Both the position numbers and the translations under genes were made by a program. Below the pieces are notes generated by a model. It searched no databases. It was not told the origin of the DNA and saw only the letters and a program-made list of their open reading frames with translations. Of a stretch of 46,630 nt of DNA, positions 1 to 9,372 are shown in pieces. Source of the DNA: an uncultured Phycisphaera sp. GTDB lineage: Bacteria; Planctomycetota; Phycisphaerae; UBA1845. Location of the stretch: the NCBI GenBank assembly GCA_964421865.1, contig CAYQZH010000005.1, forward strand, positions 1-46,630. Reading direction: 5' to 3'. The first letter of the stretch is position 1. Each line of letters starts with the position of its first letter.

Positions 1-328
1 ATCTCCGCGCTGACCGCCTCACCGCCCAATCCCACCTGCTCGTCATACGGCGCCGCAGACGTGCGACACCTCGAACACCGATAGTACGAACGCCGAACCG
101 TGACCCACCCCAGCGTGGTGGCCAAGGTCCGGGGTCGATGCTCTACGAATCGTTGCGTAGCTCCGCACCCGCACCGCCGGCTCGATCCTTCGTAGCCGTT
201 TTTTTCCCCGCTAAATGCTCCTCCATCGAAGCCGCTCCCACTTTTCGCACCCACGCGGCCACCGCACGCTCACACTGATTCAAATCCCCGGTGAGCGTCA
301 CTCCATCCTGGATCATCAACCGCAGCAC
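1..328 (-). CDS. ISKra4-family (Mutator-like DDE) transposase, N-terminal part, two frames joined by a -1 frameshift
   Basis: ORF 143..328 reads ...EEHLAGKK into GGGGAAAAAAAC (A7 at plus 199-205). The -1 frame continues NGYEGSSRRCGCGATQRFVEHRPRTLATTLGWVTVRRSYYRCSRCRTSAAPYDEQVGL, a zinc-finger-like pattern typical of ISKra4 transposases. Confidence 0.7.
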
Positions 329-451
329 TTCCCGCGCCAGTTCCGGCGAAACCTGGTCCCTAAAGCCCTCCCATGGCTAAAGACCTATCCTCTTGATCTC
401 CACGCCCATCCGTGGGCGTCGGAATTCTACCCACAAATCTGACACGCACCC
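1..451 (-). mobile_element. Left end of an ISKra4-like insertion sequence (runs off window)
   Basis: Transposase N-terminus on the minus strand. Candidate terminus GGGTGCGTGTCAGA starts at 451 on the minus strand; the partner IR is outside the window. Confidence 0.6.
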
Positions 452-522
452 GTCGGCATGGCTCTTTGTGAAGATCCTCCGCTCATGGCTCAAAAACGGC
501 TGAAGTCCACGGATTGACCCTT

Positions 523-559
523 GCGGGGGTAGCTCAATGGTAGAGCATCAGCCTTCCAA
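523..559 (+). repeat. tRNA-Gly 5'-half copy 1 (att-like direct repeat)
   Basis: 36/37 identical to 45444-45480 (C>G at 528); ends at anticodon loop CTTCCAA. Confidence 0.95.
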
Positions 560-740
560 AATGCCGCTGTACTACATCACATCCAAAAAAGCGTGTTTTT
601 GGACCAGAAAACGCGGTTTCAGGAGGGGTCACGGGTCGATGAATCGACCCAAGTAGTACCCAATCGACCCGTTATGTAGTACAAAGAACCTCTCAAACAA
701 TTTCCGAACATTCTGGCATCCTGCGATCATGGTCGCCCGC
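560..740 (+). other. Conserved cassette left arm (putative integrase arm-type sites)
   Basis: ACTACATCAC 571-580, AAGTAGT 651-657 and ATGTAGT 674-680; same boxes and spacing follow the other two tRNA halves. Confidence 0.75.
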
Positions 741-940
741 TTCTTGCTTGTCATGGGCCAGCCCAAGTTGCGCTTCGACACACGGCGAGGAGAGCATCCA
801 CGGAGCCGCGCAAGCGGTGACATCGCAAGCGGTTGCGATGACCTCGAAGCGTCCAAAGCGTTATTCGGGAGCAGGGGGGGCAAAACGTCGAACGCTCGTT
901 GCCCGTGACAGCTCTCCTCGGTGGGACGACGTCGCTTTGG

Positions 941-1030
941 CAAGCGCTGCCCCAAGTCACTTCGAGTTCGTGTTGTAAGGCCTGAACCAGCAACTGGTTT
1001 CGTAACATGTCCTGCGGTTTCATAAACCGC
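941..1030 (+). repeat. ~90-bp dispersed site, copy A (putative recombination site)
   Basis: Ungapped alignment to 12438-12527 and 19748-19837 (53/90 to the latter, counted by hand); ends in palindrome GCGGTTT-CAT-AAACCGC 1014-1030. Confidence 0.7.
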
Positions 1031-1710
1031 GGATTGTCGATCAGGATGTGCGCGCTGGCTGTTCGCGTTTTCCCGGCTAGACGAGCATTTTGTCAGGCTG
1101 ATGAAGGCACGCACGCGGGCCGTTTGGGGGGTTGAGTCTATCATGGTCCACCGGAGTAGGCGGCTGCCCTTCGCGTTGCTGCAAGCGCCGCCACAGGACG
1201 TCGAAATTGCCGCTGGCACCGCCGAGTGCTTTCTGTCATTCCGATCCGCAATTCGTCTGTCGGCGTGTCACCAGTCGCCATGTCGCCGCATGACCGGATC
1301 GCGGATCGTTTCGATTCGAGTTCGACCGCTGCGACCTGTGGCTCGGGTCGCGATCGGACCTCGCTCACCGGGATCGAACGCCGCGAGCCCGGCGACGGAC
1401 GACGGGGTAGGAAAAGGCGCTTGGAAAGGGCCGAAGGCACGATGGGGGTGCACCGCTGCACGGTCGCACTCTGCGGTGCGAGGCCCGAGTCGGCTACACT
1501 CAGTCGTGTAGCCCGGCCCGACCGACCGTCGGTGCGTTTATTCCTTCGTGGTGCAAGCGACAGTGTTCGCACTTTCCCAACAATGGGAAGGCCCCGTGTC
1601 CACCTCGCCGCGCTTCAATCACCCCGAGTGTTCGCGTCGGTCCTACGCAGACCAATGAAACCACCAGCCGTTCCTTAAGTAGTGCGGTGATGCGTCGGGG
1701 TCGTATCGGC

Positions 1711-4700
1711 CTATCGGCCGGTGAAGCTTGTTTGCAGAATCGCGATGTCGGCGAGGTCGACGTCGCCGTCCGTATCGAGGTCGGCGGCGACGATTCCTTC
1801 CTCATCGGGTACGAGGGTGCATCCGGCGGGAAGGCTCGCCGGATCGTACGGGAGGCCCGGGCCGGTCATGCAGTTCTCGATTAGAACCAAGTCATCGAGG
1901 TCAACATCGCCGTCGGTATCGAGGTCCGGCGAGGCCGTCGGAACGACCACGAGCGTGATGTCCATTGACGAGTAGACCACATCGAACCGAAGACCGGGAC
2001 CGATGTTCAGACCGACCACGCGGGAGAATCGCCCAATGCGTGAGCCGAAGGTCATGACTGTGAATGTTTGGCCCAGTGTCGGTGAGAAAGCAGGATCGAG
2101 CTCAAGTTGAAGCACCCCGTCGAGTTCAGCGGATCCGGTGATGTTCAGCACATCGTAGGCCGCGGCGGGTTCAGCACCATTCAGTTCTATCTCGAGTGCC
2201 GCCGATTGACGTTGCGTGTAGCTGCCCACGATACTCAGGATGCCGGCGCTTAGTCCGGGTCGGACTATGCCGCCGTTGTTCGACACGGAAACAGTTAGGG
2301 TCCCGGTTCCGGTCAGCACCCCCCCTTGCAGGTCCAGGCGCGCCGACCTTAGCTGTCCGCCATTCAGACGGGTCACGCCGGCATCCTGGGTATAGACGCG
2401 ATCCAGATACAACTGCTCCAAGGTTCCGGTTTGCAGTTCGACGGTTCCCGAGTTGTGAAACGCCACCTCGCATTGCAGAGTTCCCGCACCCCGTTTGAGA
2501 AAGGTCCCGGTGTTGGTGAATCGCGCGCTTCCTGACCCGCCAAACAAGCCGTCGCTTACGGCGTCAAACGTTCCAGCATTCTCAAACCCGCCCGTGCCGC
2601 TCATGTTGAGGGACGTGTTCTGCCCGGCGTATGACGCGGTCTGCAAACTTCGAACCGCGCGGCTGTCACGCAAACCGAGGGCCCCAGACATCGCAACGTC
2701 ATTCTCGAAGACCGTCCGACCAGCCCCGATCATCGTGGCGGCCGTCCACGTGGATGGTCCGCTCGCACGCACCTCATCCGCGCCCGAAAGGAAACCTCCG
2801 GTTTGATCCAGTTGACCGACCGTCACTGTCTGGCCGGTGTTAAAGTTCACCGTACCTCCCCTCAAACGGAACGTCTGCACGTCGATCGCCTCATCACAGT
2901 TCAAGTTGACCGTGCCGCCGCCAACTTCCAGCGAATCTCCCAGGCTCAACACTGTCGACGCCGGAGTGAAATTCATCGTGTTGCCGTTGAGGGTCGTCTG
3001 TCGGGCCACGTCGTAAATGCCGTTCACGTTGACAATGGACCCTGACTCCGTGGTGACGTTGCCCGCCCTGATGGTGGAGGCCGGATCGAAGTCGAAGGTC
3101 TCGCTAACAAAGTTGAGCGAGGCGACCTCATCTCCCTGGAAAACACCGGTATGTGGCGTACTCGTACCCCCGGAGAGTTTGAGGATACCGCGCACAATGT
3201 TTACGACGCCGTGGTTGTTGAACTTAACGCCGACGTTCATCGTGCCGGGGCCGAGCTTATTGAACGTGCCATAGTTATGGAACAGCCCGTTGCCGGACTG
3301 CAACAACGGACCGTCGGACTCTGCGTTGAAGATGCCCGTGTTGTTGAACTCGGACGTACCCGACATTGTCAACACGGCGTCCGCCCCGGTAAATGTTGCC
3401 GTCGCCGGATTCTCCAAGGTACGATCGTCGGCAAGCACACCGTGGCCGGTGATGGTCATCCCGCCTGCGGCGGTGATCTGACCGGGTCCGCGAATATACG
3501 CTCCCTGCCATCCGCCGGACCAAAGAAATGACTCACTCACATGGATGTCGTCACCGCCTTCGATTGCACCATACGACTGGGTGAGGTTACGAATGCTCAC
3601 AGGTTTGCCGGTGTTGAAGTACACGTCAGCCATGTAACCGTGTGTGTACGTATCCAGCACAATCGGTTCATCGTTGTTGAAATGGACCGTGACCGAGCTT
3701 CCTTGGTGCGCCACCGCAATGAGATCTCGTCCCAAACTTCGCAGACTTCCCGTCGTAGTAAAGGTGATGGTGCCGCCGGTCATCGTCGTGGTACCGGTCA
3801 CGTCGTAGTGGCCGTCGATGGTCGCCTCTCCGCCGCCCCAAGCGTTGAAGACAACGCTCTCAGCTTCCACGCGCGAGCCGGGCGAAAAGGAGTGTATTCC
3901 GCGACCGAATTCCACCACGGCACCCGGCGAGCCCAGGCAGCGGGCGGAATCCGAGTGCTCGCTGCCTCCTCGCAACACGACCCTGCCTCCGATAACGCTC
4001 AGGTCGCCGTGGTTGATAAAATCGACACTGATATCAAGCGTATCCGGACCGGTTTTGCTGACCGTGGCGTAATTGAAGAAACGCGGCGAACCGTTCCACC
4101 TCTCGATGAATCCACCGGTGGCCGCAAACACGTCCCAGTTGATGAAATAGGCATTGTCCAACATGCGCATCCACGGGAGCGCCCCACCAAAAGACGTCGG
4201 AGACTCGGCACTGATGGACCGCTGGTCATAGAGCGTAACGGCAGCATTATCAATCAGAAGTCCGCCATGGGTTTCAATCAGCCCGTCGCCGCGAAGGTCA
4301 GCCGCCTGTAGCGATAAGAGACCATCCACCTCCGTGCTCCCCGGACCGTCGAGTGTTGCATAGCTGATCGTGAAATTGCTCTCCATGCGCGACCGATCCG
4401 TGGTCCGAAGCGTGCCGCCCGAGAGCACAAACCGCTCGGCGGAGCGGATCCCGAGTACTTCCGAGCCGCCTTGGGAATGAGTCACGGTGGACACGGTCGG
4501 AACATCGATACAGATATGATCGGCCGGACCGGGAACGTCGGAATTGTCCCAGTTGATGGGCTGATGCCAGAAGCCGTCACTCCCAATCCACGAGACGAAG
4601 GTTCCGCCGTCGCACTCGTCGGGCACGCCGTTGAGGTCGCAGTCCTGGGAAACGCCCGCGATTTCGCAGTCGTCGGGTACTTCGTTGGCATTGCAATCGG

Positions 4701-6758
4701 CTGCAAACCCGCAGCCAGGGACGTTGCAGAACGCCCCGAGACTTCCGAAACAGTCCACTTCGCAAAGATCGACGATTCCATTGTCGTTGCACTCGATGAT
4801 TTCGTAGGGCCCGAACGAAGTCACTTCCTCCTGCCAGTTTCCGGAGCAGTCGCCCGCGCGGATGATGAAAAAGTGCCTTCCGAGTTCAAGTGGCAGACTG
4901 GTCAACGGCGTTCCGCTGAAACCCGGGTCGGCATTAAAGTCCGGGACGGTATTGGGGTCCGACGACCACTCGTAGCTGAAGATTTCCGCGCCGGAGCCCT
5001 CGTCCGCCGGTGCGGTCCAGACGACCACGATCTCCGGGCTCGTCCCGCCCACGCCAAAGGGATGCGTGGGGGATACGAGTTCTGTGACGCGAGAGGGGGG
5101 AGTCCCGTCCTGCCAAGTGTATTCCCACCTCACGTTGTTGGCCGTTCGCCAAAGAGCGTTTTCATGCTCCGGAAATCGCGCTCTGAAGGCGTTGATGAAT
5201 TGGAGCACTGTGATCGGTTGGTCATGCGTAACTACTTCGAAGATTTCGTCAACGCCAAGATCGAGGGCGTCCTTCGCGCAGACCGGCTGCCCATCGTCTA
5301 CACCGTTGTTGTCCTGGTCCTCCATCTCGTCTTCAATGTCTCGAAGCAGGGCCCCGATGAACCCTTCGGTCTTGAACGGATCAACCAGATCGGGGATCCC
5401 ATCATTGTCGAAGTCATCCGCGATCCCGTCGTTGTCCTGGTCACAAATCCCGGTTCGTTCCAGGCTTCGGCCGAAGAGCGAGGTAATCCCATAGTCAGCA
5501 GGATACGACCGTGTTACTACGTCGGCCAACCAGTTCGGCCATCCTTCGTTCCAGGCGTCATGGAAATTCTCCGGACACCACATGCAGTGTCCTGGATTGG
5601 GGCAGCCCGCGCCGCCGTCGCAAAAACCGTTGCAGTAATCGGGAACCTCAGTCTGCGAAAAGTTATGCAAGAAATGATGGCCATACTCATGGGTGATTGT
5701 ACTCTCCTGCCACTGCTTGGCCGAACTAAGGAAAATCTCGTCGTCCAGGTATTCTGCGTTGTTCCCGCCCCCGGCACTATCCTCCGGCCATTGAACGTCG
5801 ACCTCGGGTACGTCGATTCCGGTCCGCGTTTCGATAAAACGATGGGCCCGCATGATGCGATTGAAGATGTGCAGAGCGGGGTGGTCGCGGGAAGCGTTGG
5901 GGCTGAGTTCGCCGAAGTCGATCTCCGATCCGGTGAAGTTCGGGAAATACAGGTCGTCCTTGGTGTCCCAGCTATAGTCTTCCTCGAAAACGCCGAGCTT
6001 TGGACGTTGACGACGCCCGTATCGCACTCCCATCGGACGTAAATGTCCGGGTCGTCGCACCCGGTGATGTCCCAGTCATCCCAGTTGAGGGTCACGTCGA
6101 AATACCCGTCAGCATCAGTCCGTCCCGACCACATCTCCTCGTCGAAAAAGTCATCGTCGAGGTCCATGATCTGCACCCAGATGCCATCCACGCCCATCGT
6201 TTGCGCGGGGATGTCATTCACGCCGTCTCCGTCGAGGTCCCGCGCGATCCGGTTATAGATGATCCTTCCCTGGAAATGGATCGTGTTCCCTCCCGCAACA
6301 TGACCGTCGCCCGCGGAGATGCGAGCGCCCTGCCGGCTTTGCGCCGGGCGCGGCTTACCCACCTTCGCAAAATACCCTGGGCTAAGATCCAAACTTTTCG
6401 CGGTCATCCGTCCGTTGAAACGGACGCTTACGCGCAGGGGCTTCGAGGAGTCCCCGGGTCGGGCGCGGAACGGAACGTCAACGACCTCGCCCGAACGCAC
6501 CTCTTGGGGAGTTTGTAAACCGAGCGGCTGAAGGGTCCAACTGTCGCCTTCCAGGGCGATGAAGTCGACCGTCCCGTCTCGCAATACTTGCAATCGGATG
6601 ACGCCGTCGTATTCTCTACCGGACACCGCCGGGCGTGTGTCGGCGGGCATGTGTATCTTCATGGGCGGACCGACGTCCGCCCAAACCGTTGTGACGCTTG
6701 CCGCGAAGAGCGCGCCGCAGAGAAGGAGTCTCGCTCGCCGTCCCCGTACGCCTCTCAT
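1711..6758 (-). pseudogene. Large secreted HEXXH metalloprotease / beta-helix / dockerin-like protein (~1680 aa), split by a 1-bp frameshift near 5995 (pseudogene or sequencing error)
   Basis: Signal peptide and RBS at 6758. ORF 5517..6758 reads ...VVNVQSS and continues as GVFEEDYSW in ORF 1711..6060. Contains HEYGHHFLH, DCNxNxVPDxC repeats, N/G/T-rich passenger-like repeats and paired C-terminal DLDTDGDVDLxD motifs. Confidence 0.8.
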
Positions 6759-6919
6759 GTCACCTCTCCCCGCCGTCTCTCACACCGCCACCGATGGTAG
6801 TGCGGATTGTTTTGCCCGCGTAGGGCGGTGCCCATGACCAGCATACCACGCCGCAGTAGCGTTCAATGGTGAAGACCGGGTCGCGCCGGGTGCGCTGCTG
6901 ACGGGCATCGTGCCTCTCC

Positions 6920-8506
6920 CTAAGGACCGGTAAACGCGTGCTCGAAAGCCGCATAATCGAATAGATCCACGTCCCCGTCGTTGTCCACGTCGAAATCGAA
7001 CGCGCCTGCATCGCACTGCCCGACATCAAGAGAGACAAAGTATTCGGACTGGTGCACGTCGTCACAGTCGACGACGGATCGGTCCGTTACCAGCAGTCGA
7101 ATGGTGTAGCAGCAGGGGCGCAGGCCCCGCGTGTCCCACGTTCCCAGCAGGCCGTGGACAACTGGAGCGTTGCCGTGGGCGTCGGGAATGGGAACCCAGC
7201 CGTGCTCGTCGCCTCCCGTATACCAGAGCGACCACCCGGCAAGGTGTGCGTCCGTTGCCGTCCCGACGATGTCAACCAGGCCATTGACACAACCGCAGTT
7301 GGTCGGCGTTGTAATGACGGCGGTGGGCCAGGCGTTGTCAATCGTCACATCGCGCGTCACCGTGGCCGTGTGGTTACAGAAGTCCGTGCCCCGAATGCGA
7401 ACGCGGTAATCGCCATCCGGAACGGCGGCCGCCCCCACCGCCGTATTCCACGAGGCGAACGGATCGAACGTAACCCAAGGGGGGCTCACTGAGTTAACGG
7501 GCAGGAACGCCCCCCCGGCGGCCGGCTGGTAGTCCACCGTGAAGGTTCCCGAGCAAGAGTCCCAAACGGTGCCGTCAAAACAGACGGAGCCGCCTGCGAT
7601 CAACCCGTTCGTCGGTTGCCGGACAACAAGGCTATCGAACTGGGTGTCCACGAAGACCCGATTCCGGTCCTCCGTCGACACGCCACAGCCGTTGTAACTG
7701 GTCAGCTTGAGAATGTAGTCGTCCTGCACATTCGGCGGGTTCCAGGCCGCGAGCACGTTGTTGACGACCGCGGTGTCGTTGAGAGCGATCAGGTGGAACG
7801 GATCACTTCCGTCGTCGCGCTGATAATGCAGCGTGTACCCTCCGAACTCGCCGTCTACGTCCCGGGCCGTTCCGATGACGTTGGCGCTGGTCTCGCAGAT
7901 GCATGTCCTGTGGGCGGGTGTAGTGATCACGGCCTCGGGCGGCGTTGCGTCCGCTGTGAACGTAAGGTCGTCGATCAACTCGAACCGCTCCGCGCACAGC
8001 CCCCCGGCGCCGGCCTCGATCTCGATTCGGCGGAAGCCCGCGGCCCGCTCAATACGGACGAAGACAAGAACCCGCTCGACGAGGTCTCCGTTCACCGGCA
8101 CATTCCGAAGCCCGACGCGGACGTCGGCGGCGTCGTACCAGCGAACCTGAACCGTATCGGTGGAGTTGCACCCGACGCGGACGCCGAGGTTGAAGGTCAC
8201 CGCGGTCTGGTCGATGTCAAAGGCGAGCCGAAGAAACTCCGGGCTGAACTCGTTCAGACCGTCGCCCCGGGCGCTTAGACACTGCGGCTCTGAGGTCGTT
8301 CCACCCGAGGGGTTGTAAATGATCGGATTGACTCCGGAAGTGCCGTCGGGATCGCGTCCGCTGAATCGGACGCCGGCGTACTGGGTCGTGACCACCGTTC
8401 CGACGGGAAGACCGTCGAAGTCGATTGTGGGACATTGGCCCCACGCTTCAACCCCATAACCGACGATCACCGAGAGAACTCCTCCGCACTTGAATATGCC
8501 CTTCAT
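6920..8506 (-). CDS. Secreted protein with three Ig-like repeats and C-terminal dockerin-like EF-hand motif
   Basis: ATG 8506 with AGGAG RBS, signal peptide, repeated PxAVITTP...L..W.....Y.LRL modules, ends DVDNDGDVDLFDYAAFEHAFTGP. Confidence 0.85.
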   Translation of the reverse strand: MKGIFKCGGVLSVIVGYGVEAWGQCPTIDFDGLPVGTVVTTQYAGVRFSGRDPDGTSGVNPIIYNPSGGTTSEPQCLSARGDGLNEFSPEFLRLAFDIDQTAVTFNLGVRVGCNSTDTVQVRWYDAADVRVGLRNVPVNGDLVERVLVFVRIERAAGFRRIEIEAGAGGLCAERFELIDDLTFTADATPPEAVITTPAHRTCICETSANVIGTARDVDGEFGGYTLHYQRDDGSDPFHLIALNDTAVVNNVLAAWNPPNVQDDYILKLTSYNGCGVSTEDRNRVFVDTQFDSLVVRQPTNGLIAGGSVCFDGTVWDSCSGTFTVDYQPAAGGAFLPVNSVSPPWVTFDPFASWNTAVGAAAVPDGDYRVRIRGTDFCNHTATVTRDVTIDNAWPTAVITTPTNCGCVNGLVDIVGTATDAHLAGWSLWYTGGDEHGWVPIPDAHGNAPVVHGLLGTWDTRGLRPCCYTIRLLVTDRSVVDCDDVHQSEYFVSLDVGQCDAGAFDFDVDNDGDVDLFDYAAFEHAFTGP

Positions 8507-8628
8507 GGTGCCGAACTCCTGTTTGTACCCTACACCCAAGCCGCACCCCGCGGCCCGTTGGCTACTGCTAATAGGCGCGGGCTACGCGCCGTTGGACGGG
8601 ACCACCGCTTTTTTACAGGATCCCGGGC

Positions 8629-8655
8629 ACGGATGGCCGTTGGGGCGGCTTACGC
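8629..8655 (-). promoter_or_regulatory. Candidate ECF promoter GCGTAAG-N16-CCGT for leftward cargo operon
   Basis: Same bipartite motif at 12605-12631 upstream of the rightward cargo operon. Confidence 0.35.
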
Positions 8656-8772
8656 GGATTGCCATCCACGGCGCCAATCGAGTAGGATCAAGCCGTGACA
8701 ACAGATCGCGGGTCGAGCGCCACGCCGATGTTCCCGCGAGTCGAAGTCGACCCGGCATGAAGAGATCCATTC

Positions 8773-9372
8773 GTGGACGCGGACGTCACCCGGGCCTCCC
8801 TTCTCTCGCGAGTGCGCGACGCCTCGAACGACGCAGCCTGGCGTGAGTTCGACGCCCGCTACCGCGAGTTGATTCTACGCTACGCCTTGGCCCGCGGGCT
8901 TCAACACTCCGACGCCCAAGACGTGCACCAGATCGCGATGCTCAGCCTGTCGAAGTCGCTACGGAACTTCCATTATACGGCCCAGCGCGGTCGGTTTCGC
9001 GATTATCTCGGACAAGTCGTGCGCAGCGCCCTCAGTCGGCATTTTGCGAGTCCAAAACCGGCGTCGGCGGCGCTAGATAGTAGTGTCCTGGCAAGCGTAC
9101 CGGCGGAGGACGGCGCGGCAGCGGATTCCCTCTGGGAACAGGAATGGGTAAACCACCATTACCGAGTCGCTATGCGGGTGATCCGCGAGACCTTCGAGCC
9201 ACGAAGCGTGGCGATGTTCGAGCACCTGCTCGCCGGGGCGGGCGTCGAGGAGGTGGCCGCCGCGCACGGCACGACGACGCAGGCCGTTCATAAGGTGAAA
9301 CAGCGAATCCGTGAAAGGATGAAGGAGCTTATCGCCCTTCAGATTCACGAAGAGGATCAGCCGGATGCATAG
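8773..9372 (+). CDS. ECF-type RNA polymerase sigma-70 factor
   Basis: TRASLLSRVR...AWREFDARY, DAQDVHQ, GRFRDYL region 2 and C-terminal HTH; overlaps the downstream kinase start. Confidence 0.92.
   Translation: MDADVTRASLLSRVRDASNDAAWREFDARYRELILRYALARGLQHSDAQDVHQIAMLSLSKSLRNFHYTAQRGRFRDYLGQVVRSALSRHFASPKPASAALDSSVLASVPAEDGAAADSLWEQEWVNHHYRVAMRVIRETFEPRSVAMFEHLLAGAGVEEVAAAHGTTTQAVHKVKQRIRERMKELIALQIHEEDQPDA

Noticed and set aside
941-1030. Integron attC or Xer dif identity for the 90-bp sites
   Set aside because: No RYYYAAC/GTTRRRY ends with a long stem, and no match to the 11-6-11 dif consensus.
1677-1683. Isolated AAGTAGT box
   Set aside because: Single heptamer without partner boxes or tRNA half; compatible with chance.
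629-1700. Several 60-200 aa ORFs in the left end of cassette 1
   Set aside because: Mutually overlapping, Arg/Pro/Ser-rich, no recognisable motif, and they overlap the arm and 90-bp site.
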